64,000 bases of DNA from Octopus sinensis (taxonomy: Eukaryota), in NCBI RefSeq assembly GCF_006345805.1, contig NC_043001.1, positions 59,086,001 through 59,150,000 of the forward strand, read 5' to 3'. Positions 39,215 through 50,307 of this stretch are shown here, one piece after another. A program made the translations under genes and the position numbers. The notes under the pieces are model-generated. The model ran no database searches. It saw nothing but the letters and a program-made list of their open reading frames with translations, and had not been told where the DNA came from. Every line of letters starts with the position of its first letter. The stretch's first letter is position 1.

Positions 39215-40445
39215 TTGTTAACATTTGCTTCTCATATCTTCAAACGCTCACTTTAAATGGTTTCATTATATTCTCTGATGAGTTAAAGGAACTTTTTATA
39301 TCTATAGCTGCATTTGCATGCATATATATAGATAGATAGATATTTATTAAAAAAAACATTGGTTGCCGATATATATAAACATTAGTTGGTTGGTTGACTG
39401 GTTGATTGGTTGGTTGGTTGTTTCGTTGTTTCGTTGGTTGTTTATTTGGATGGTTGGTTGGTTGGTTAGTTGGTAGCTTGCTTGCTTGCTTCCTTCCTTC
39501 CTTGGTTGGTTGGTTGGTTGATTGTTTACCTCTGTCAAGTTGTTTTACAGCGTGTAGAAAGAGGGGACCGAGTTATTGTAAAAGGGGCAGAATAGGAGCT
39601 TGGTGGGAGGTAAGTAAAAGCTACACACACAGTGAAATTACTTATCAAAGAGACAGAAGACACAACAAATCATAGTGAAGAATCGTTTGATGGATATATA
39701 TATATACAAGTGCACGTGTTAAAAGAATTATGTGAGTTGTTGTGTGTAATACAGTAACAATTTTAAAATTTAATAGCTGTTACACGCTTGCATATTGGCT
39801 GTATGACTTGGTATTTACATTATTGGGAAAATGCATTTTTACTTTATGTAATACATTGCATTTAAAAAGCAAAAGGCTACAAAAGGAAATTACTCCCCAT
39901 GTTCATTTTATATTATGATAGATGAGTTCACGCATAATACTTACTCTCACACTTTATACGCGCGCGCGCGCACACTTGCACACACACACACACAGATATA
40001 TATATATATAGTTATGCTGAAGTTAGATAAGGCCGGTTTATGAGATTACCTTAGTTTTCTCGTCCAAAAAGGGCTTTCTGAAAAATACAGTGTTTAACTG
40101 AAACTTGGCAGACATAGGTTTCGGTGAAGAGGATTATGATCATATTGAGAAAATTAAGAAATTTTTCACTGTCCCCTAACCCATCCTAGATTGCGTTGTT
40201 ACTAATTTCAGTAACTTTAGAATTTTCTCTTTTCTTTCAGATTTGCATGTTTGAAACATAAACATTATTTAATCTACATCCCCAAAAGTATAAAAGGATG
40301 CATTTGTCAAGAATCATAAGGAAGGAATATTAAGAACGTGAGAATGAGAAATTTGCCTCTAAAAATTCGGAGAAATTCGCGCCATAATCTATATTATTTT
40401 ATGTTGTATCCCTGTAAACTGTCATAGCAGTAATATCCACTTTAG

Positions 40446-40523
<78 letters not shown>

Positions 40524-40619
40524 CATAGCATTTGCACCAAGCAGTGATTGATAACTCGAAGTTACCAGGTAACTATAAAATTTCGTGCTTGCAGTTCGGC
40601 TTGTACCCGCGACTTGCGT

Positions 40620-42100
40620 GGCCACTTTTAATATACGAGGTAACATTGTCACGAGAGTTAAAATCATTGAACAAAAATGTAATGTGTTCATTAGAAAGTG
40701 GCTAGACCTACCTCGTATGTTGAACAGTTCAGCTCTTTATCGTAAAAGAGGTTCGTTGCAGCTACCAATAGCATCAATAGTCGAAATATATAAGCTAGGG
40801 AAGATACGGACGGTCATGATGCTGAGAGAACCGAAGGATATGGAAATCAGGCGTAACCCACCAGAGGTGAAAACAGCCAGGAAGTGGAAAGCAGAAGCAG
40901 AAACTGACGACATCTTGTCTTCTTATACACAGAGATATGGTGGGAGCAACACAGAACCATCGGAAAGGACTTCATTTCGGCGCAGATCAGTTCAGACCGT
41001 TTGTAAGCATGATGCGGAGTGAACGCAGATCTGTTGTTAGCAATAGCGTCAAAACAAGACAAGCAGAGAGAAGAGAGCTTCATTCATCCGATGTTTTCAT
41101 CAAGGTCAGATGACGAGATGGAAAGAACATGTTGTTGAGAGGAAGATAAGTTGGAATTCGTTCATCTTATGATGTTTTGTAATCACCTACGAGTCTAGTA
41201 AGATGGAACGTCACAGAGAATGACATCTGAAAATGTGAAAGGATCGGTACACTGAAACATATTCTGTCCAACTGTTCATTAGCATTGAACAGGTACACAT
41301 AGAGAGACAACTTGCTCCTTAAGGTTATCTTCAATGATATAAAGAACCAAATTCATCTCAACAACACTGAGAAAAAACCGTTAGAAGTACCATCTAGTGA
41401 TTTCGTTACCTTCGTGCGACCAGGTTAGCGGATCCGTTTCAAGAAGAAGATCAAAAAGATTCCTGTGAGAAACGAAAAGTGGAACAGCTATTGGGAGGTA
41501 ACTGCAGATTTTCCTGGGTGCCAGGTTTTCTTTCCCATCCCAATTACGAAACAAACAGATATTTTGATGTGGTGTGAAAAAAGGAAAGTTGTAAATATAG
41601 TCGAGCTAACGGTTCCTCATGAAGATAATATGGACGCCGATGGGGCTCGAAAATTCAACCGCTATGTAAACCTCCTCGGGGAATGTGAAGACGCTGGCTG
41701 GAAAGCGGAACATTTTCCAATCGAAGTCGGATGTAGAGGGTTCGTTGGACACAGTGTGAGACGACTGTTGTTATCGCTAGGCCTAACTCATCGTAAAGTC
41801 AATACGACCACGACCGATATCCAGTCTACAGTGGAGAAGGCTAGCCACAGGATTTGGTTAAAAAGAGACGATGAGCGATGACTAGAAGGATATTGAGCTT
41901 TATTTGATAACCAGCTGATCTAGCAAGCGGAGCCTCATATCAGTGAGGGGGGCCGGTGCGCATTGATGCTGTCGAGAAGTAGGCCCCGAAACGGCGCGCA
42001 TTCTCTCCCGATGCCCCCATACACCTGCTGGCTTCCAGTATACGGAGTTATTGACTAGTAGCACTTGCATGTGCAAGTTGTTTGCAAGATATGTTTGGAA
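40620..42100 (+). pseudogene. 5'-truncated REL-endonuclease non-LTR retrotransposon, Hero-like
   Basis: IRKWLDLPRMLNSSALY..LQLP..VKTARKWKAE; TDILMW..VNIVELTVPHEDNM..RKFNRY..GW..FPIEVGCRGF..VEKASHRIWLKR, a PD-(D/E)xK REL domain. Confidence 0.8.
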
Positions 42101-42346
42101 CATATTTTAACTTCTAAATGCAAATTGACTGCATGGAGGGAAAAGAAACTTTCTTTTGGTAAAATGTGTAAAAATACTATATTATACCATATAGTAATTC
42201 CTGCTATTGGGTTACTTGAAAACCGTTTCTGACGCTTTTGCCTTCCTCGATTGAAAATACCAAAGAGATAACACTGGGCAGATTCAAGACCGTACCGAAT
42301 GTTTTTTTTCTACGGCGCCGAATTTACAATCCTGTAAATAATAATA

Positions 42347-42544
42347 ATGGTACTTTTATATAAGCTTCAAGCTTATGGCGATCACCGTGCAATGACTAGG
42401 GAAAATAGTTTAATAAAAGAGCATATATGACCTCGACAGAATAAAGAAGGCTTTCCTAGGGCTTATATGCCCCTTTATTAGACTATTTTTCTTAGTCATT
42501 GCACGGTGGTCGCCATAAGCTTTAAGCTTATATAAAAATGCCAT
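42347..42544. repeat. Foldback / MITE-like inverted repeat
   Basis: ~84 bp imperfect arms (42347-42430 and ~42460-42544) flanked by (AAT)n on the left and (ATT)n on the right. Confidence 0.85.
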
Positions 42545-42561
42545 TATTATTATTATTATTT

Positions 42562-42628
<67 letters not shown>

Positions 42629-43379
42629 CACATATAAATTAATATAAACAGCAGTTTGCAATGTTTCACCAAAAAGGAAAATCATAATTGCCACTAAACG
42701 TGACTAATTTATCAGAAAACACCTACATTGCTAGAAATAAGAGCTAAACAAATGCAAACATATGCACTAACAGGAACCTTAATCGAACGTCCGAAAAGTG
42801 CCGATCGAGAATTCTTTATACTGACGTCAGTTTCTGCAATTTTCCTTTGCCTCTTCAGTAAGGAGTGACTCGTACTCAGCTCTTTCTCGTCTCGCTTCAT
42901 ATGTGAGTGTGTTTGTGTGTGTGTGTGTGCGTGTGCTGTGTGCGTGTGTGTGCGTGTGCGGTGCGTGTGTGTGTGTCTGTGTATGTCTGTGTGACAGGAT
43001 ATGAAGTGTGATAGCATATATGTATGTATGGAGAAATAAGGACATATAAAAGAGAAATAAAAATAAACACGAATTTATATCATAGTTTCTGTAAGTTTCA
43101 CCATTATAGTTGTTTGAAGGCAAAGTGAATTTTGCTGCTGAAACAAAAGATCATGAGTGGGAAATTGATTGCATTAATGTACAGATTACTATGCCCAAAG
43201 TTATTGTGTTATCGGTAACTTAAGGCAATGAAGTGATACTTGGAAAACCTATTGATTCCAACCAGCCACAAGGCGAAACGCTCGTAGGGAATATAATATA
43301 CAGTATGTGAAATTGGTCCCTCATAAGACATTGTTTAAGTTCGAATTATTTGAGCGCTAAGGAGTGCTTTCTATACTTT

Positions 43380-43580
43380 AATATCTTTAATATCCGGATC
43401 TCATCTATTGATGATGTATAACAGCAACAGCGGTAGCCGAAATTGCTCTTTTCAGATATCATCAGAAATAGGCAATTAAATTTCATTAAAATGACAGATC
43501 TATCGGACTTCCAAAGAAATTAAATTGTTGGAAAAATTTTTTAAATCTAAAGGTGTTTCCATTATTTTGTCCAAGCCCTG
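43380..43580 (-). mobile_element. Tc1-like terminal fragment
   Basis: Minus strand TA|CAGGGCTTGGACAAAATAATGGAAACACC is a typical Tc1 TIR; no partner end found. Confidence 0.45.
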
Positions 43581-44302
43581 TACATACATAATGCATAAAA
43601 ATAAATATGGGTATTTGTACATATTTCGGGATTCAACGCAAGTAGTGTAAATAACGTTTGTGATTAGTAAAATTAATTAAACTGACTTAATTACCATTTA
43701 TTGTATATTGTGCATACTGTGATTCCAGAATATCGTTTGTATTTGGTCCCTGTTTAACAGTAGAAAGACGTTGACATGAAGCGTAGGAGTGGATTGGAGA
43801 GTAGTATCACGTTATTTTAGCAGCAACAGGTGTATTGTTAGTGCTTGTCGAATATTTTCATTCTTGAATGCGTAACAACAGAAATAGAAAACAGTATCTT
43901 AACCGGTTTTTTTTGTTTATATTTTGCTTTGTTGCCTATTTAAACGTAATTAACATTTTATTTTCAATTAAAATTAGTTTATGTTCAATCTCTAAACAAG
44001 TGCATCATATTTACAGTGATAGAAGCCTATTTATTATGTGGCGATACGAGCGTCACAAAAACATGTGTGAAAAGTGTTTGTATCCTGTTCTTTTAATGGT
44101 ATCACGAAACTAGAAAATAGAAATGGAATTAAAACACAGTCGAAAATAACGGCAAAGTCGATTAAAGATAAATTTTAATTGCGTTCAAGACATATTTCCT
44201 AATATTTTCCATGGTGGCATAAGTGTGCCTCTAAAGTTATTTGTAGAAACCATGATGATGAGGAGGAGGATGGGGAGGATGATAATAATAATGATGATAA
44301 TA

Positions 44303-44347
<45 letters not shown>

Positions 44348-44376
44348 CAACAACAAAACAATAACAATAAGATGGA

Positions 44377-44502
44377 GAAGAAGAAGAAGAAGAAGAAGAA
44401 GAAGAAGAAGAAGAAGAAGAAGAAGAAGAAGAAGAAGAAGAAGAAGAAGAAGAAGAAGAAGAAGAAGAAGAAGAAGAAGAAGAAGAAGAAAAAGAAGAAG
44501 AA
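44377..44502. repeat. (GAA)n microsatellite
   Basis: Direct reading; preceded by (AAT)n/(AAC)n. Confidence 0.97.
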
Positions 44503-44509
44503 TGATTTA

Positions 44510-46270
44510 ATTTATTTACCACAAGAAAGGCGAGGGATGAAGGGAACTATACAATGACAGAGATAAAGTGTAGGGTTTACATACAATTTAACGATAAAAA
44601 ATGAAACAAAGAAAGTAAGTATACACTGAAAATGAATGGTCATATGCATAACATACAATTTTTTTAAATTGTGGCGGGAAGGATGATAGAGATGTGGCCC
44701 TCTTGATACAAGAATGCCTCTAGGGATAATTTAGGAACCTCACTGTCCAAGATTTCCCAGAAACCCCAGGTTAAAGCGCCGTCCCCAATTCCTTACCACC
44801 GACTGAGAGGTCTGCACTTAGAGATACCATCCACTCTTGTCATATTCGCAATTTTCGCCCACCTTTCAATAAACTCACTCCAGGACAGCAGTTCCCTCAA
44901 CACTCTCAATTCCCTTTTCAAGTGACAGCACCTGTTCGACATAACTCCAAAAGTCAACAATGCCCAGACACTGAAAGAGGGCGTGCAGAACGGTTTCGTC
45001 ATATTGCGTGTACCTCGGACAAACCCATCTGACAGCACATCTGAGCCAGTAGAGTTTATCTTGAACCGGTAATGCTCCCCAGTAGCACATCCATGCCAAT
45101 GACTTCTGGAAATTATCCATGATAGTTCCCGACTGGAAAGCCCTCCGGAACAGACTAGCCAGTTCGTTCTTGTCGATGCCCTGTATCTCTGCATGAACGT
45201 CATCTCACTTCCTCGCTACTAATCCTCTAAATATTTTTAAAGCGGAACATCCACCAATCCCATTGCCCGACTGACAGAGGGCCTGACGTCATTATAGGTG
45301 TCAGGCAAGCAGTCTCGGTCTTTTCTTCACCAAGGACTGCAGTTCCGTCAAGGAACCGAGCTGTGGAAAGACGAACCATACACACTCACCGTTCAGAAAT
45401 CGTTGCAGGTGGCGTAACCTAAGTGTCTGTCTGCCTATTAGGAGCCACATCATTCCTAATACGCCACTGAGAGGATGTTAGCAACAGACTGACCGCGTGG
45501 TTATTGGAATGCATTTAAATAAGAGACGCTCCAGCCCGGTCAAGCAGTAATTGGGACAAGGCACGGAGGTCAGGTGATATATGATATCGGAGACGATGTA
45601 AGTATTCACCACCTCTGGCCGACCTTTCAGGAATAGCTTCCTCTCATACCATTTCTGGGTAAGACTGGCAACCCTCTTCAACACCTCGTACCAGTTCTTA
45701 TCAAGCTGGAGATCAGTACCAAACCAGACCCTAGCAGTTTAACTGGTCGACCGATCCAACGTTTGACATCGCCGGTCGATGGCATCATTCTATCTCTCCA
45801 GGAGACCAACCGCAAACCCACCGATTTGTTTTCCAACTTCTGCAGCAGTGTCTCAGGTGCTAATACTCACAGAAGAGGCGACAGCGGGCAGCCTGGTGGC
45901 ACATATGATATTTTAACTTTTATCATCTGCCGTCCAAGGTATGTGGGAAGAAAAAATCATCGTGTTTTTATTGTGCTATTGAGAGTTTTAGGGCCAATGC
46001 ATTTGTACGGAATCTCACTTCCACACAACCATATTTTCTTTCTCGTGTGAGAAAATCAATATCAGCCCAAATACACCTCAGACATTTTTCTGCTTACTTG
46101 TGTGGTGCATTGAAATTTTTCCTTGTCTTTAGCGACACATATCTGTATACGATAGTCCTTCTTGCCGTCTTCTCCATCAAATCTGAAAGAATAGCAATCT
46201 TGGTTTTCGTATCCCCTATATTGGGTTGTTTTTCTGCTTCACTCAGGTACGTATGTTTCCTTCCAGAGAG
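44510..46270 (-). pseudogene. Internally deleted Tx1/L1-like retroelement (ORF1 N-terminus joined to RT C-terminal half)
   Basis: Minus strand: DIDFLTRERKYGCVEVRF..LPTYLGRQMIKVKISYVPP (ORF1-like) then GCPLSPLL*VLAPETLLQKL (RT), VWFGTDLQLDKNW..KWYERKLFLKGRPEVVN, and CPR..DETVLHALFQC (zf-RVT). 5' boundary uncertain. Confidence 0.8.
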
Positions 46271-46744
46271 ATTTGCTCCTGCAATTTAGTTACAAAGGAA
46301 TTGTTTTTATCGTTGCTGTTACTGTTGGTGTTGTTTATATCATTTTTGCTGCTGATGTTGTTTCCGTCTTTGGATCCAAAGCGACGCTGTTGTTTGTGAT
46401 GATGTTCAAATCGTTTACCGAAGTAGCCAAGCTACCTGCAGACGCGGGATCTCATTTATATTGTAGCTGTACTGCTTATTTTTCTCTCTCGTCAAAGTTT
46501 TACAGTTGTTGTTGCTGCTTTGTTTGTTTGTTTGTTGAGCGAGGCGGTCTTCGTTCCAGAGCTCCCAAGATCGCGCCTCTGTAGTGGGAGAAGTCCGAAA
46601 CCTGGTCCTTTGCTATTCGTAAGATCCGCAGAAGAGAAAGCAGGTCAACCCCCAATACCGAGAGCATCCACGGTGGATGAATGCGCATCCAGGCTCAACG
46701 GTTGCGTAGGAAGTCGGGGACAAGAAACAGGAAGAAAGAGTCAG

Positions 46745-46916
46745 AGAAAGTTGGAGCGAAAGAGTACAACAGGGGGTCGCCACCACTCCCTGTCGGAGCC
46801 TCGTGGATTTTAGGTGTTTTCACTCAATAAACACACAACGCCCGGTCTGGGAATCGAAACCGCGATCCTCCGTACGCGAGTCCGCTGCCCTAACCACTGG
46901 GCCATTGCGCCTCCAC
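46745..46916 (-). mobile_element. tRNA-derived SINE head, family D
   Basis: Minus strand GGAGGCGCAATGGCCCAGTGGTTAGGGCAGCGGACTCG..GGTTTCGATTCCCAGACC; continues into non-tRNA sequence and lacks a closed acceptor stem. Confidence 0.7.
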
Positions 46917-47559
46917 TGTTGTTGCTGCTGCTGACGTTGTGGCTGCTGATTGTTGTTGTTGTTGTTAAGCAACAAGACGGGTAAGGGTGATTAGATGATG
47001 GTCTAGGGCTTAGGAGCGGGAGACCCCAGACCTTGGAAAAAAAACTTTGGTCGTCTTGTTGTCGTCGAGGGTTCTTCGTTGACGCCCGACACCGCTGGGA
47101 GATGGCCCTCGAAGTCGCTGGAAATGGAGATCTCCAGGTCCTAATTCTTGGACGGCTGATGTTGCTGCTGCTACTGTAGCTGCTGCTATTTCTCCTGCTG
47201 TTGTTGCTGCTTCTGCTGCTGTTGTTGCTGCTGCTACTGCTGCTGTTGATACATCAAGAATACATGTTGTACAGTATTTGATATACTAGGTTTTATATAT
47301 ACATGCCACTTGTACTCGGAATTATTCCCCTTAAGTTATTTTTTCACATTCATTTACGGAATATGAAGAGTATTTGAGGACACTTAATAGTCTACTCTGC
47401 AAAACAATTAGAAATATTTTATTTCTTTCAGATCCTCATGGTAGGTAACAGGAAATGAAAATACGTGCAGTCACTGTTCCCATATTTACTAAACCCAGCG
47501 ATTTAGTAATTTCTAACTTTCTAAATGTTGCAATAGACTTTGTACATCAAGGTCGTATG

Positions 47560-48060
47560 GAATAGCAATCCTCAGGTGGGAATGATTCAACCGCATCAAA
47601 GAAAAAAAGCTAAAGAACAATAAAAATACATTGTAAATTTTGAGAAACGATAGAGACACCGAAATTCAAACACTCTCGATGATGATCACCAAAATTTAAA
47701 CACTCTCGATGATGATCACCGAAAATTAACGAGTGCTCTCACTAAAAATCTTTGAGTTTTGGAGTGGACTGTCAATGCTTTAGTGCAGGACATTCTGTAC
47801 ACGACTGAATCAATGAAGAAAGAACAATTCTTATCTGATAAGACAGGAAAACCGTTCGATGTGTGCCAAGCAGGTACTTCAACCAAGACGAAAAGTGAAA
47901 AAAGTTAACTTACAAATGATTATGCGTGGACGATTCTGATGTCGTCGGGGTTTTGCGCATTAATTTCTCGTCAATTATGAATGTTTTAGAAGTAGTGAGT
48001 AACGATGATCATGTCATGCTAACTCATATCTTTCCACAGTGACATAGAATGGATTCTGCT
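47560..48060 (+). pseudogene. Degenerate Tc1/mariner (maT/rosa-like) transposase remnant
   Basis: VLEVVSNDDHVMLTHIFPQ*HRMDS resembles VLGVVSxEGxVMPPHFFPxGLRVNA; contains a 30 bp tandem duplication at ~47668-47727. Confidence 0.45.
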
Positions 48061-48399
48061 GAATGCGAAGATGAGAAGAAACAGAACAAAATAGAAGAAA
48101 ATAAAATACAACAGGATAATGCGAAATAAATTTGGGAAATGGAAGTAAAAACAAATGGTGAAGCACTGTACAAAAACCAGAGGTAATTTAATTTTCTGTT
48201 AAAGGTTGATGGATATATTTTTTTTAATTAATAAAAGATCACGGATACAGAATTTAAGATTCGTGGATATAAATTTTTCAAAAGATTTAAAAGTTTTATT
48301 TTTTTAGTTTTAAAAGATACACAAGCTAGGTTCAAAAGTAAATAGGTAGGCTAATGCATAGCTAGATAGAGAGTTTACCTAAATTACAAGTGGGGTTAG

Positions 48400-48840
48400 A
48401 TTCAGAGTGAGTTTTGTTTCTAGCTGTTGTGGATTATTTAGTGAGCACTTCCGTGTGGAAGGTTTTTCATGGGACATTTTAATTTATACTCTCCATTCTT
48501 TGTTGAAGGTAGCTTTCCGCTCTTTCCCGATTAAATATCTTGAAAGCAGTAGACGTGCATCCAGTTCATTACAGCGGTTCAGGACAGGTGCTTGATTTCT
48601 AATGAAGTGTGCCTCTGTTATTCTGAGGTTAACTGCATACCTCCCCCTTGCTAGTATGCGGGTGAAGAAATCCCCGTCACGGTGTGCGTGGTGTTGAAAC
48701 ACAGCACTGGGTGGTGCGGCCTTACTTAAATGTTCCTTCACCCTAATGTGAAGGAGTCTCTTTGTCGATCTGCCCGCAGGGGCAAGTCATCAGATACACC
48801 CCGTTGGATTAAATACTTAGTAGAGCGCTATCTATCTACC
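48400..48840 (-). pseudogene. GIY-YIG endonuclease 3' fragment of a Penelope-like element (different family from the 49775 element)
   Basis: VYLMTCPCGQ ... RVKEHLSKAAPPSAVFQH ... ILARGRYAVNLRITEAHFIRNQAPVLNR. Confidence 0.7.
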
Positions 48841-49683
48841 GGCCTATATATTTTAATACCCGCTTTTATACATCCTTCCTCATACTTTTTTTTTATTTTA
48901 AAGCAGTCATGTCCACAAACCTACAAAGCTTTTAAATTTGTAATTCTTATAATGTTTTGTTTTAATTTTATATCAATCAGCTTATTACAGAAAATTACTT
49001 CTATTGTATTCAATATTGTTTCACTTTGTTTCATTTTCTTTTATTCTTATCCTGTTTTTTTTTCTTTTGCTTTTTTCTATTTTATTCTATTTCTTCTCAT
49101 CTTCCTCTCTAATTATCCTACTAACGGCGTTACTCTGTTATCTTACTAAACCCCAACCATGTTCCCTGAGATACACCGGCGCATTATCCTGAAATATATT
49201 TGTTTTTTGCTAGGTTCGATTTGTTTTATTGAATTACCGACTATGTCCTCAAATAACTCTCGCACACTATATAAGAATTAAAGTTCTTATTCAGTGTACA
49301 GCATAGTATGTTAATCATGGTAAAAAGAAAAATTAGTCATAAGTAATAGATTTATGGCTTCGTTATTTATTTATTTATGTAAAAGTCTTCAAAATTTCCT
49401 AAGGAAATGAGATGAAATACTAGTGAAACCCTTTCATCTTCATACTCTATATGTTTGTTGACACTAAAGCGAAAAAGAGAGAGGGAGAAAGAAAAGCAGT
49501 AAAAGTATTTTAACAATATTTCATCTTATTTCCTTAGGAAAATTCGAAGACTGTTTATATCTGTAAATAAATACAGAACCGATTACTCTATTACTTCTTT
49601 TCAAACTGATATGCGTGCGTATGTATGTGTATGTCGTATGTGTGAGTGTGTGTGCGTGTATGTTCGTATGTATGCGTATAAAC

Positions 49684-49715
<32 letters not shown>

Positions 49716-49774
49716 ATACAGACATATATATATATATATACACACACACATATACATATATATAAATATATATG

Positions 49775-50169
49775 TAGTGTATGTATTTAGATATGGTTAT
49801 ATATAATTAGTTATATGTGTATGGGTGTATATATAGTTTATTTTTTGTTTTGTTTTATATTTAATTGTTGATAGGTTTATTTTAGTTTATATATTGTTTA
49901 TATATTGATTATATATGGATTATATATAGGTTATATATAGATTATATATTTATATTTTTTCATTAATACTTTAATTATTTTAAAATTATTATTTTTATAT
50001 TTAAAATATTGATATTTTAGATTGGAAGTCCACCTGAAGATTGTCGATCAGGACAAGAAACAATTGTAGTGGCGGTTTTTTTGACTTTTTATTAAAATTT
50101 TATGTATTTATTAAGTCTTTCCTTGTTTGTTTTGCAAAATAGTGGTTTTGTCTCTAATAATATTATATA
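49775..50169 (+). repeat. 5' pseudo-LTR (395 bp)
   Basis: Matches 57343-57737 at constant offset 7568; only 2 substitutions seen by eye. Confidence 0.95.
50030..50072 (+). ncRNA. Minimal type I hammerhead ribozyme
   Basis: CCAC-CTGAAGA-TTGTC(GATCAG)GACAA-GAAA-CAATTG-TA-GTGG: intact CUGANGA and GAAA cores, 5 bp stem II, palindromic stem III, GUA cleavage triplet. Confidence 0.85.
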
Positions 50170-50307
50170 ATATTTTACTATAAAATTGGATTTAATCCTA
50201 AATCTGATTTTTTCCCTGTAAATTTGGATTTATTCCCTAATATTTATTATTATTATTTAATATTGATAATTTTGTATATTGAGTGTAATACCTCAATTTC
50301 GTAAATT

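Noticed and set aside
46810-46916. tRNA gene candidate
   Set aside because: Has A and B boxes but no closed acceptor stem and continues into SINE-like body sequence; treated as a SINE head.
47424-47445. TTTCAG|ATCCTCATG|GTAGGT as a 9 nt micro-exon
   Set aside because: Such splice-like motifs occur by chance; there is no neighbouring exon or transcript evidence.
48445-48475. Possible hammerhead in the 3' end of the small Penelope fragment (minus-strand stem CTTCC-ACAC-GGAAG)
   Set aside because: The CUGANGA and GAAA core boxes are not intact.
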